Assembly: GCA_963727485.1 (NCBI GenBank)
Contig: CAVSGM010000011.1
Location: forward strand, 352,001 to 416,000
DNA length: 64,000 bases
Reading direction: 5' to 3'
Origin: an uncultured delta proteobacterium
Lineage (GTDB): Bacteria > Myxococcota > Myxococcia > SLRQ01
Shown: piece by piece, positions 55,592-64,000 of the stretch
How positions within the stretch are numbered: the first letter of the stretch is position 1
Layout: each line of letters begins with the position of its first letter
Made by a program: the position numbers and the translations under genes
Notes under the pieces: generated by a model
Databases searched by the model: none
Seen by the model: only the letters and a program-made list of their open reading frames with translations
Told to the model about the DNA's origin: nothing

Positions 55592-55790
55592 GCGACGGGC
55601 CCGAGGGCGCCCCCGGGGCGGCGTGGAGAATCCCGGGTCACGACGCCACCTTCCAGGGTCGCCGCCCGCGCCTGGGGGCTGTGGCCGGGGCGGGCGTCCG
55701 CATCGCCTGCTGGCCCGCGACGGCCGCCCCGGCAGCCGCTGCGACCGGGGCAACCTGCCACCGGGAGGCTCTGCCCCAGCCGTTTGGACC

Positions 55791-57680
55791 CTAGGTCGAC
55801 TGGGTCCAGTCGACGAGGAGCTTGAGGGTCTTCTCCATGTCCGGGACCGTCTTCGGCCCCAGGGAGTTGGTCTCCTCGTAGTGGTCCCCGGGGGCCTCGT
55901 CGAAGTAGGGGTGGTCGGTGTCCAGCTTGAAGTCGTAGGGCGGCACCAGGTACCCCAGCTCGTCGTCCCCGAGGCCGAGGATGATCTTGTAGGTCCCCGG
56001 CAGCTGCTCCTTGTACCAGGTGGTCGGGGCCTTCGAGAGGTCCGGGGGGTTGGGGTTCGCGGGGTCGATGCGGGTCAGGTCCGCCGGGGTCCACTGGTCC
56101 CCGAAGCCCACCGCCAGCTCGCTGAAGAGCTCGCCGGGGACCGAGAGGAAGCTCGCCGGTCCCACCTGCAGCACCATCATCTCGCTCTTCACGTAGCCGC
56201 CGCCCAGCGAGATGGTGCCGGTGAAGTGCGAGCCGTCGGCGTTGTAGACCCGGCGGTCGAAGAGCCCGAGCTCGAAGGCGTACTGGAACTGCTTGTTGTC
56301 CACCGGGAGGTAGAGGGTCTGGGTGCGGAAGGCCACGCCGGGGCCCTTGGCCACCTTGGCCGTCTTCAGCAGGGTGAGGACCTGGGCACCGACGTTCTCG
56401 CCGATGGCCTTCGGCCGGTCCCAGGTCTCCTTGGGCTCGGGGGTGCCGTCCCGGGCGACCACGTCGGTGTGCAGCGGGGTGAGCAGCCCGCCGACCTCGG
56501 CCTGCAGGAACACCGCGATGCCCCCGCGGCCCGCGAGCGCCGGGTTCGACCCCGCCGCCGGGAGCCCGTCCTCCACCGCCCGGCGCAGGTAGCCCACGTA
56601 GTCGGCGGTGATGAGGTTGTTGGTCGAGCCCACCGTCTCCGGGTGGTTCCCCCAGCTGATGAGGTCGGTGATGGTCTTGCCGGTCTGGGCGTCGTCGGCC
56701 TCGATGACCGTGAGGGAGTCGTCGATGATCACCGGGTCGCGGCTGTCGTGGATCAGGCCCTTGGCGCCGGTGCGCCCGGTGGCCATCTTCAGGGTCGCCG
56801 GCTTCGCCGCGTCGTAGGCGGCGATGATGGCGTCGGCGACGTGCCCGATGACCTGGTCCATCCAGGGCCCGTTGACCCCGCTCTTGCTGTAGCCGCTCGG
56901 GAGGCCCACCCCGGGGACGCCGTCCGGCGAGAGGCCCCACTGGCCCATGGAGTCCGGGGCCTCGTGGACGTGGGTGGCGCCGACGAAGAGGGTGTCGAGG
57001 CCGGCGTAGACGTCGGGGCGCTTCTGCTTCACCGCCTCCCGGACCTTCTCCACGTAGCCGTGGAAGAAGCCCACCAGGTCGACGTAGGCGATGGCGACCT
57101 TCACGTCCCCCCGGCCGATGACCACCGCCCGGGCGTCGATCTCGTCGTGGACCCCCTCGGCGGGGCGGTTGTTTCCGAAGCCGGCGAGCCAGAGGCCGTC
57201 GAAGATCCCGTTGCCCTCGGTGCCGTCGGCGTCGGGGCCCGGGTAGCCGGCGTCGCCGGGGCACAGCCCGTCGGAGCCGCAGTCCCGGAAGAAGTCCCAG
57301 ACCCCGTCCCCCTCGGTGCCGTCGGCGTCGGGGCCCGGGTAGCCCGGGTCGCCCTTGCAGAGCATGTCGGTGCCGCAGTCGCGGAAGGCGATCTTGGCCA
57401 GCTCCCCGCAGTGGTCGCCGATGTCGCACTGGCCGGCGGCGGCGGTGCGGTCGAGGTAGGCGGGCAGCGCGGTCTCGAAGCCCGTGGGCGCGATCGAGAC
57501 CTTGGCGACCCCCACGGTCACCGGGTCCGTGTCGGTGTAGCCCTTCTCGCACCCGCTCTGGCCCGGACAGTAGTGCTCCGGTGCCGGCCCGGTGTGGACG
57601 GGCCCGGCGGGCTTGCCACCACAGGCGAAGAGGAGAAGGGAAGACGACAGGAGGACCCCGGCCATGCCTCGTGTGCGCAT
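55791..57680 (-). CDS. Lipoprotein with a neutral/alkaline ceramidase-like metallohydrolase domain
   Basis: LLFA|C lipobox; VGVAKVSIAP, LAGFG.NRPAEGVHDEIDARA, ATHVHEAPD, NHPE, ITADY, PGE, GLGDDELGY, HYEET. Confidence 0.65.
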   Translation of the reverse strand: MRTRGMAGVLLSSSLLLFACGGKPAGPVHTGPAPEHYCPGQSGCEKGYTDTDPVTVGVAKVSIAPTGFETALPAYLDRTAAAGQCDIGDHCGELAKIAFRDCGTDMLCKGDPGYPGPDADGTEGDGVWDFFRDCGSDGLCPGDAGYPGPDADGTEGNGIFDGLWLAGFGNNRPAEGVHDEIDARAVVIGRGDVKVAIAYVDLVGFFHGYVEKVREAVKQKRPDVYAGLDTLFVGATHVHEAPDSMGQWGLSPDGVPGVGLPSGYSKSGVNGPWMDQVIGHVADAIIAAYDAAKPATLKMATGRTGAKGLIHDSRDPVIIDDSLTVIEADDAQTGKTITDLISWGNHPETVGSTNNLITADYVGYLRRAVEDGLPAAGSNPALAGRGGIAVFLQAEVGGLLTPLHTDVVARDGTPEPKETWDRPKAIGENVGAQVLTLLKTAKVAKGPGVAFRTQTLYLPVDNKQFQYAFELGLFDRRVYNADGSHFTGTISLGGGYVKSEMMVLQVGPASFLSVPGELFSELAVGFGDQWTPADLTRIDPANPNPPDLSKAPTTWYKEQLPGTYKIILGLGDDELGYLVPPYDFKLDTDHPYFDEAPGDHYEETNSLGPKTVPDMEKTLKLLVDWTQST

Positions 57681-57764
57681 GCCCGGGATCATACCCGGTG
57701 GAACCGCCCGCGTCATCGAGCGCCGGCGTTGGCGGCCGGGGGGGCCCGGACGTACCCTCGTGGG

Positions 57765-58439
57765 GTGTCCCGCCGCCGCGTCGTCCCCGCCCTCGTCCTG
57801 GCCCTCGTGGGCCTCGGCCTTTCCGCCTCCGCCCGCGCCGGCGCGCCGGGCGAGCTCGAGGTGCAAGTGGGCCAGCAGCGCGTCCTCGACCGCCCGGGGA
57901 TCGCCCGGGTGAGCGTCGGCGATCCCGGGATCGCCCAGGTGACCCCGGTGGCCGGCCACCAGGTGCTGATCACCGGCGTCGCCCCGGGGCGGACCACCCT
58001 CATCCTCTGGTTCCAGGACGGGAAGCGCGAGACCAGGGACGTCGTGGTCCGGGACGCCGGGCGCCTCGGCGAGGTGGAGGGCGTCCTCGGGATCCTGGGC
58101 CTCTCGAAGGTGCTCACGGTGAAGCCCGCCGGCCGCAAGCTGGTGGTCGAGGGCACCCTCGGCACCCTGGCCCAGCTCCGGCGCTTCGACCAGCTCCGCC
58201 AGGCCGAGCCGGGCCTCGTCATCCTGGTGAGGGTCGACCCGCGGGTCTACCAGCGCCTCGCCGAGAAGATCACCGCCGCCCTCCACCGGGCGGGCCTCGC
58301 CGGGGCGCAGGCCACCGCCGTGGGGACCACCGTCTTCCTCGAGGGCACGGTCACCGACCCGGCGGAGAAGCAGCAGGCCGACGACCTCGCCCGGGCAATC
58401 TGGGGCCGGATCCGGACCGGGCGCCTTGAGACCCGCTGA
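57765..58439 (+). CDS. Exported protein with a CpaC/RcpA N-terminal-like domain plus a BON-like domain, no secretin domain
   Basis: Signal peptide; IARVSVGDPGIAQV..VLITGVAPGRTTLILW; C-terminal VFLEGTVTDPAEKQQA. Confidence 0.65.
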   Translation: MSRRRVVPALVLALVGLGLSASARAGAPGELEVQVGQQRVLDRPGIARVSVGDPGIAQVTPVAGHQVLITGVAPGRTTLILWFQDGKRETRDVVVRDAGRLGEVEGVLGILGLSKVLTVKPAGRKLVVEGTLGTLAQLRRFDQLRQAEPGLVILVRVDPRVYQRLAEKITAALHRAGLAGAQATAVGTTVFLEGTVTDPAEKQQADDLARAIWGRIRTGRLETR

Positions 58440-58470
58440 CCGCCGTCGTATACCGCCGCCAGGAGCCCTG

Positions 58471-59916
58471 ATGGCCCAGCCCGGCAAGCCCCAGCTCAAT
58501 CTCTTCTCCCGCCGGGGCGGCCCCCGGGTGCGCTCGGTCAGCGAGCTCACCGACGAGATCAAGGGCCTCCTCGAGGGACGCTACGCCACCGTGTGGGTCG
58601 CCGGCGAGATCTCCAACTTCCGGCGCCAGTCGAGCGGCCACTGCTACTTCTCCCTCAAGGACGACTCGGCCCAGCTCTCGGCGGTGCTCTTCCGGGGGCA
58701 GGCGCGCTACCTGCGCTTCGATCCCAAGGACGGCCTGGAGGTGCTCGCCAAGGGCCGGATCTCCGTCTACGCCCCGAGGGGCCAGTACCAGCTCATCGTC
58801 GACCACCTCGAGCCGAGGGGCGTCGGGGCCCTCCAGGCGGCCTTCGAGCAGCTCAAGGCCACCCTGGAGAAGGAGGGCCTCTTCGCGCCGGCGCGGAAGG
58901 TCCCCGTCCCGTTCCTCCCCCGGAAGGTGGGCGTGGTCACCAGCCCCACCGGCGCCGCGGTCCGCGACTTCCTCCGGGTGGCCCACCGGCGCCACCCGGG
59001 GATGCCGATCCTGGTCGCCCCGGCGAGGGTCCAGGGCGCCGGCGCCGCCGAGGAGGTGGCCCGCCAGGTGCGCCGCCTCGACGAACGCGGCGACTGCGAC
59101 GTCATCGTGGTGACCCGGGGCGGCGGCTCCATCGAGGATCTCTGGGCCTTCAACGAGGAGGTCGTCGCCCGGGCCATCGCCGCCTGCCGCACCCCGGTGG
59201 TCAGCGCCGTGGGTCACGAGATCGACTTCACCATCGCCGACTTCGTCGCCGACAAGCGCAGCGCCACCCCGTCGGCCGCCGCCGAGGAGGTGGTCCCCGA
59301 CCTGCGCACCCTCCAGCGGGAGCTCCGGGGCCTCGGGGGACGCGTGCGCCTCCTCGCCGAGCGCGACCTCGAGGCCCGCCGCGGTCGCCTCGAGCGCCTC
59401 TTCGCCCGGGCCGGGGATCCCCGCCACGCCCTCGCCAGCCGGCGCCTGGCCCTCGAGGCCCTCCGGGAGCGGGGCGAGGGCGCCATGGCCGCGCGCCTCC
59501 GGGACCAGGGGCGCCGCCTCGCCGGCGACTCCGACCGCCTGCGCCGGGCCCACCCCCGGGCGCGGCTCCAGCAGGACCAGAAGGCCCTCCACGCCACCAC
59601 CAGGCGCCTCCTCGCCGCCAGCCCCGCCCGGCGCATCGACGCCGCCCGCGCCGACCTCGAGGCGAGGTTCCGGGCCGCGGCCACCGTCACCGAGCGGCGC
59701 CTCGCCGAGGCCCGTCGCCGCCAGGCCGCCCTCGCCGCCACCCTCGACGCCCTCTCGCCCCTGAAGGTGCTGGAGCGGGGCTACGGCCTGGTGCGCACCG
59801 AGGACGGAAAGGTGGTCCGCCGCGCCGCGGACCTCAAGCCCGACAATCCCATCCGCGTCGACCTCGCCCGGGGGCGGGTCCGGGCGCGGGTCACCGACAC
59901 CGAGGACGAACGATGA
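58471..59916 (+). CDS. xseA: Exodeoxyribonuclease VII large subunit
   Basis: VWVAGEISNF..SGHCYFSLKD, VVTSPTGAAVRD, RGGGSIEDLWAFN, SAVGHEID, ATPSAAAE, LSPLKVLERGY. Confidence 0.95.
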   Translation: MAQPGKPQLNLFSRRGGPRVRSVSELTDEIKGLLEGRYATVWVAGEISNFRRQSSGHCYFSLKDDSAQLSAVLFRGQARYLRFDPKDGLEVLAKGRISVYAPRGQYQLIVDHLEPRGVGALQAAFEQLKATLEKEGLFAPARKVPVPFLPRKVGVVTSPTGAAVRDFLRVAHRRHPGMPILVAPARVQGAGAAEEVARQVRRLDERGDCDVIVVTRGGGSIEDLWAFNEEVVARAIAACRTPVVSAVGHEIDFTIADFVADKRSATPSAAAEEVVPDLRTLQRELRGLGGRVRLLAERDLEARRGRLERLFARAGDPRHALASRRLALEALRERGEGAMAARLRDQGRRLAGDSDRLRRAHPRARLQQDQKALHATTRRLLAASPARRIDAARADLEARFRAAATVTERRLAEARRRQAALAATLDALSPLKVLERGYGLVRTEDGKVVRRAADLKPDNPIRVDLARGRVRARVTDTEDER

Positions 59917-60176
59917 GCACCCCCAAGGACAAGTCCCCTGACGACACCCAGGACCTCGCCTACGAGGCCGTGGTCGAGCGCCTGAACCAGACGGTGGAGA
60001 AGCTGGAGAAGGGCGAGCTGCCCCTCGAGGGCCAGATCGCCGCCTTCGAGGAGGGCGTGCGCCTGGTGCGCCGGGGGCAGACCCTCCTCGACGCCGCCGA
60101 GAAGAAGGTCGAGCAGCTCCTCGACAGCGACGCGGTGGCGCCGTTTGCCGGCGGCGACGAGGCCGGCGAGGGGTGA
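59913..60176 (+). CDS. xseB: Exodeoxyribonuclease VII small subunit
   Basis: YEAVVERL..VEKLEKGELPLE....FEEGV.L......LDAAEKKVE. Confidence 0.93.
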   Translation: MSTPKDKSPDDTQDLAYEAVVERLNQTVEKLEKGELPLEGQIAAFEEGVRLVRRGQTLLDAAEKKVEQLLDSDAVAPFAGGDEAGEG

Positions 60177-60577
60177 GCGGCGGCACCATCATCGTGGTCG
60201 ACGACGACCCGGAGACCCGGTCGATGCTGCGGCTGGCCCTCGAGTCGGAGGGCCACCGGGTCATCGAGGCCCAGAGCGGCATCCGCCTGGTCAGCGCCCT
60301 CCAGGTGGACCACCCGGACCTGCTCCTCCTCGACGCGGCCCTCGCCTGGACCGACGGCGTGGCCCTGTGCCGGGCGGTGAAGGCGAACCCGGTCTACGAC
60401 CGGCTCCAGGTGGTCTTCCTCTCGGCCCGGCGCGCGCCCGGGGACCTCGAGGCGGGGCTCGCCGCCGGCGCCGTCGACTACTTCCCCAAGCCCGTGGCCC
60501 TCGGGCCGCTCCTGGCGCGGATCGACCAGCTCCTCGCCGACGGGGCGCCCGAGCCCGCGGAGGCGAAGGAGGCCTGA
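60173..60577 (+). CDS. Single-domain response regulator (receiver)
   Basis: IIVVDDD, LLLLD, FLSA, DYFPKP. Confidence 0.85.
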   Translation: MSGGTIIVVDDDPETRSMLRLALESEGHRVIEAQSGIRLVSALQVDHPDLLLLDAALAWTDGVALCRAVKANPVYDRLQVVFLSARRAPGDLEAGLAAGAVDYFPKPVALGPLLARIDQLLADGAPEPAEAKEA

Positions 60578-61476
60578 TGCACCTCGACACCTGGCTCGCC
60601 GAGCGCAAGGAGACCGTCGACGGCTGGCTCCACACCTGGCACGGCGCCCTCGAGGGGCCGGCACCCCTGACCGAGGCCATGGGCTACAGCCTCTTCGCCG
60701 GGGGCAAGCGCCTCCGGCCCGTCCTCGCCCTCGCCGCCGCCGAGGCCTGCGGGGTCAGAGGCGCCCCGGGGCCCCTGGTGGACCTGTGCCGGGCCCTGGA
60801 GCTGGTCCACACCTACAGCCTGATCCACGACGACCTCCCGGCCCTCGACGACGACGACCTCCGCCGGGGTCGGCCCACCTGCCACAAGGTCCACGGCGAG
60901 GCCCTGGCCGTCCTCGCCGGGGACGCTCTGCTCACCGAGGCCTTCCGCTGCCTCGCCGGGCCCGCCGACGCCTCCGCCGAGGAGGCCCGGATCCGTCTCG
61001 CCCTGGTCCGCCGCCTCTCCGCCGCCGCCGGGGCCGGCACGGCGGGCATGGTCGGAGGCCAGGTCCTCGACATCACCCGGGTGGCGGTGGGGCAGGGCCT
61101 CGAGGCGGTGGAGGCGGTCCACCGGGCGAAGACCGGGGCGCTCATCACCTGCGCCGTCGCCGGCGGCGCCGAGGCGGTGGGCGCCGACGCCGCCACCGTG
61201 GCCCGCCTCGAGGCCTACGGCGCCGCCGCGGGCCTCGCCTTCCAGGTGGTCGACGACGTCCTCGACGAGACCGCCGACGCCGAGGCCCTCGGCAAGGCCG
61301 CCGGGAAGGACGCCGAGCGCAACACCGCCACCGTCCCCCGGGCCATCGGCCTCGACGCCGCCCGGGCCCGCGCCGCCGAGCTCACCGGGGCCGCCGTCGA
61401 CGCCGTCGCCGGGCTCGGGGCCGCCGCCGAGCCCCTGGTGGCCCTGGCCCGGCGCATGGAGCAGCGGCGCCAGTGA
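60577..61476 (+). CDS. ispA: Short-chain polyprenyl diphosphate synthase (FPP/GGPP)
   Basis: GGKRLRP, FARM HDDLPALDDDDLRRG, KTGAL, SARM FQVVDDVLD. Confidence 0.92.
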   Translation: MHLDTWLAERKETVDGWLHTWHGALEGPAPLTEAMGYSLFAGGKRLRPVLALAAAEACGVRGAPGPLVDLCRALELVHTYSLIHDDLPALDDDDLRRGRPTCHKVHGEALAVLAGDALLTEAFRCLAGPADASAEEARIRLALVRRLSAAAGAGTAGMVGGQVLDITRVAVGQGLEAVEAVHRAKTGALITCAVAGGAEAVGADAATVARLEAYGAAAGLAFQVVDDVLDETADAEALGKAAGKDAERNTATVPRAIGLDAARARAAELTGAAVDAVAGLGAAAEPLVALARRMEQRRQ

Positions 61477-62237
61477 GCCCCAAGACCCCCCGGGTCCGCC
61501 TCGACGAGCTCCTGGTCGACCGGGGGCTGGCGCCCACCCGGAGCAAGGCCCGGGCCCTGGTGATGGCCGGCGAGGTGGTGGTCGGCGATCAGCGGGTGGA
61601 CAAGCCCGGGCACAAGATCCCCGCCGACGCCGCGGTGCGCCTCAAGGGCGGCGGCATCCCCTACGTGTCCCGGGGTGGGCTGAAGCTCGCCCACGCCCTC
61701 GACGCCTTCGGCCTCGATCCCCAGGGGCTGCGCTGCCTCGACCTCGGGGCGTCGACCGGGGGGTTCACCGACTGCCTGCTCCAGCGCGGGGCGGCGGAGG
61801 TGGTGGCGGTGGACGTGGGCTACGGCCAGCTCGCCCAGAAGCTCCGGGACGACGCCCGGGTCACGGTGATGGAGCGGACCAACGCCCGCTACCTCGAGCT
61901 CGACCACCTCGGCGGGCGGCCGGTGGACCTGGTGGTCGTCGACTGCTCGTTCATCGGTCTGGCGCTCATCCTCCCGGCGGCGCGTCGGTGCCTGGGCCCC
62001 GGGGGCCGGGTGGTGGCCCTGGTGAAGCCCCAGTTCGAGGTGGGCCGGGAGGCGGTGGGCAAGGGCGGGGTGGTGCGCGACGCCGAGGCGCGCCAGGGGG
62101 CGGTGGACCACGTCCGCGCCGAGGCCGAGGCCCTGGGCCTGACGGTGCTGGGGGTGGTCGCCTCGCCGATCACCGGGCCGGCGGGCAACGTGGAGTACCT
62201 CCTCGCCGCCCGCCTCGTGGCGCCCGCCGACTACTGA
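61473..62237 (+). CDS. tlyA: TlyA family rRNA 2'-O-methyltransferase
   Basis: S4 domain RLDELLV, YVSRGGLKL, DLGASTGGFTD, KPQFE, GNVEY. Confidence 0.93.
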   Translation: MSPKTPRVRLDELLVDRGLAPTRSKARALVMAGEVVVGDQRVDKPGHKIPADAAVRLKGGGIPYVSRGGLKLAHALDAFGLDPQGLRCLDLGASTGGFTDCLLQRGAAEVVAVDVGYGQLAQKLRDDARVTVMERTNARYLELDHLGGRPVDLVVVDCSFIGLALILPAARRCLGPGGRVVALVKPQFEVGREAVGKGGVVRDAEARQGAVDHVRAEAEALGLTVLGVVASPITGPAGNVEYLLAARLVAPADY

Positions 62238-64000
62238 TCGACGATGTGGAACTCCACCCGGCGGTTCATCGCCCGCCCGCGCTTGGTGAGGTTCGGGGCG
62301 ATGGGCCGGGTCTCGCCGAAGCCCTGGGCCGCCAGCCGGTCGGGACTGATGCCCTTCTCGATGAGGTACTGGCGCACGGCGTCGGCGCGCTCCTGGGAGA
62401 GGCGCAGGTTGAACGACGCGGGTCCCCGGCTGTCGGTGTGGCCCTCGATGCGCAGCTTCTTGATCCCGTGGGTGGCGATGAGGTCGATGACCTGGTCGAG
62501 GATGGCGTCGGAGTCCGGGAGGATGGTGGCCCTCCCCGAGAGGAAGTGGATCTTCCGCCGGAGCACCAGCTTGTGCCGGCGGATGATCACCAGCCGCCGC
62601 CTCGGCTTGGGGGCCATCTCCACGTCGACCACCACCTTGCCGCCCTCGTCGAGGGTGAGGTCCTTCTGGCGCGCCAGGTAGTGGGGCGCGGTGACGTCGA
62701 GGGTGTACTTCCCCGGGGGCAGGGTGGCGCTGACCTTGCCGTCCTTGGCGGCGTGGAGGACGTCCTGCTTGGCGCCCTTCACCTGGACCTTGGCGGCGAC
62801 GGGCCGGTGGTGCCGGCCCCCGGTGATCGAGAGCGAGAGGCTCCCGGTCTCGACCTTGCGCACCAGGGCGAAGGTGAGCTTCGCGGTGTGGTGGGCGGTG
62901 ATCGTCGCCGAGGCGGTGGCCGGCTTGTAGCCCTCGTGGCTCACGGTCAGGGACACCGGGCCCGGCTTGAGGCCGTGGGTGCGGAAGGCGCCGGTGGTCG
63001 GCGCCGAGGCCACCGGGAGGGCGCCGTCGCTCCCCGAGACCACGATGGCGTCGGCCAGCGGCTTGCCGGTCTTGGCGTCGGTGACGGTGCCGGCGACGAA
63101 GCCCGTGGGCGGGGCCACCTCCACCGGCTTGTCGACCTCCACGGTCCGCTCCCGGGTCTCGGTGATCTTCTCGCTCCTCGAGCCCGGGTCGAAGGCGTAG
63201 GAGAGGCCCGCCATGAAGTTCCAGGGCATGGTCGCGGGGATGCCGGGGATGGCCGCGCCGTTGAGGCCGACGTCCACCGAGAGCATCAGGGTCACGTCGC
63301 GGACCGCGGTGACCCGGGCCCCGAGGGTGAGGACGTGGGAGATGATCTCGCCGTAGCTGAGCTGGCGGACGTTGCCCTGGGCGTCCTTGACCGTGGGCAG
63401 GGGCCCGACGCCGGTGGGCGCCGCCATCCGCCAGGCGACGAAGGGCGTGACCCAGGGCAGGGGCGACTCGACGCCGACCCCGGCGAGGAACCGGTCGTAG
63501 CGGTGGATGCCCAGGGCGAACTCCTCCACCCGGGTGAGCTGCACGGTGCCCGCGAGGTTCCCGGTGCCGTCGGCGGCGAAGCCGAGCTAGACGTGGGCCA
63601 GCAGGGGGAAGCCGTGGAGCACCGGCCGGGCGTCGAAGGTCATCAGGGCCCGGGGGGTGACGCCCACGGCGCCGTAGCCGATGGCGCCGATGGAGGGATA
63701 GATGGAGAGGCGGAGGTCGCCGGCGAGGGTGAAGGCGTCGCTGACCTTCCACAGGCCCTTGGCCCCCAGGGCGGTGTCCCCCTGGATCTGGAGGAGGTTG
63801 GGGCTGGAGACCGAGTTGGTGTTCGAGGCGAAGAGGATCGAGGCGTAGGCCTCGAGCCACCTCTTGGGGGTCCAGGCCACCGAGAAGGTGAGGCCCTGGC
63901 GGCTGTCGTGGTCGCCCTGGACCAGGAAGTTGGACTGGGCGAAGGCCTCGCCGGTGAGCGCCAGGCGGAGGCTGCCCACCGGGCCGGTCTGGGCGGTGTG
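62231..64000 (-). CDS. Partial outer-membrane protein: beta-barrel-like N region, carboxypeptidase-regulatory-like Ig domains and a C-terminal OmpA domain; in-frame TAG at 63587-63589
   Basis: OmpA motifs IEGHTDSRG..NLRLSQERADAV..GFGETRPI..NRRVEF; VAGTVTDAKTGKPL; ORFs 62231..63544 and 63587..63979 are in the same frame. Confidence 0.75.

Noticed and set aside
62231..64000. TraB of the TraAB outer-membrane exchange system
   Set aside because: Lacks the thrombospondin type-3 Asp-rich repeats and has carboxypeptidase-regulatory-like domains instead; no traA is visible.

Overview
High-GC (~70-75%) bacterial chromosome segment whose gene content and order match Myxococcota/Deltaproteobacteria. 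The first ~30 kb is a type IVa pilus locus. On the minus strand it carries pilA-pilG-pilH-pilI and a minor-pilin/adhesin operon (fimU-pilV-pilW-pilX-pilY1). On the plus strand it carries pilD, a PilS2-like kinase, an HTH gene and pilMNOPQ. A ~9 kb block of four polytopic YfhO/GT-C-like membrane-protein genes lies between pilA and pilD. The rest comprises an aroK-aroB fusion, a lipoprotein, a GT2-methyltransferase fusion, mglC-like roadblock, aroQ, efp, accB, accC, an sgmX-like TPR gene, an ExeA-like ATPase, tamB, tamA-like Omp85, a holin-like membrane protein, ppx, tolBARQ, a repeat lipoprotein, murI, hsp20, a ceramidase-like lipoprotein, an orphan CpaC-N-like protein, xseA, xseB, a receiver protein, ispA, tlyA and a partial OmpA-domain gene. 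Many genes carry single-base frameshifts that look like long-read consensus errors. Five of them are GATC->GAATC/GATTC, which suggests a GATC methylation signature, and others cluster strongly in pilA and one lipoprotein. The best candidate for an undescribed system is a pilin-linked, lipid-carrier-dependent glycosylation island. No rRNA, tRNA, CRISPR array or mobile element was recognised. All family calls come from motifs and synteny read by eye; no database search was run.
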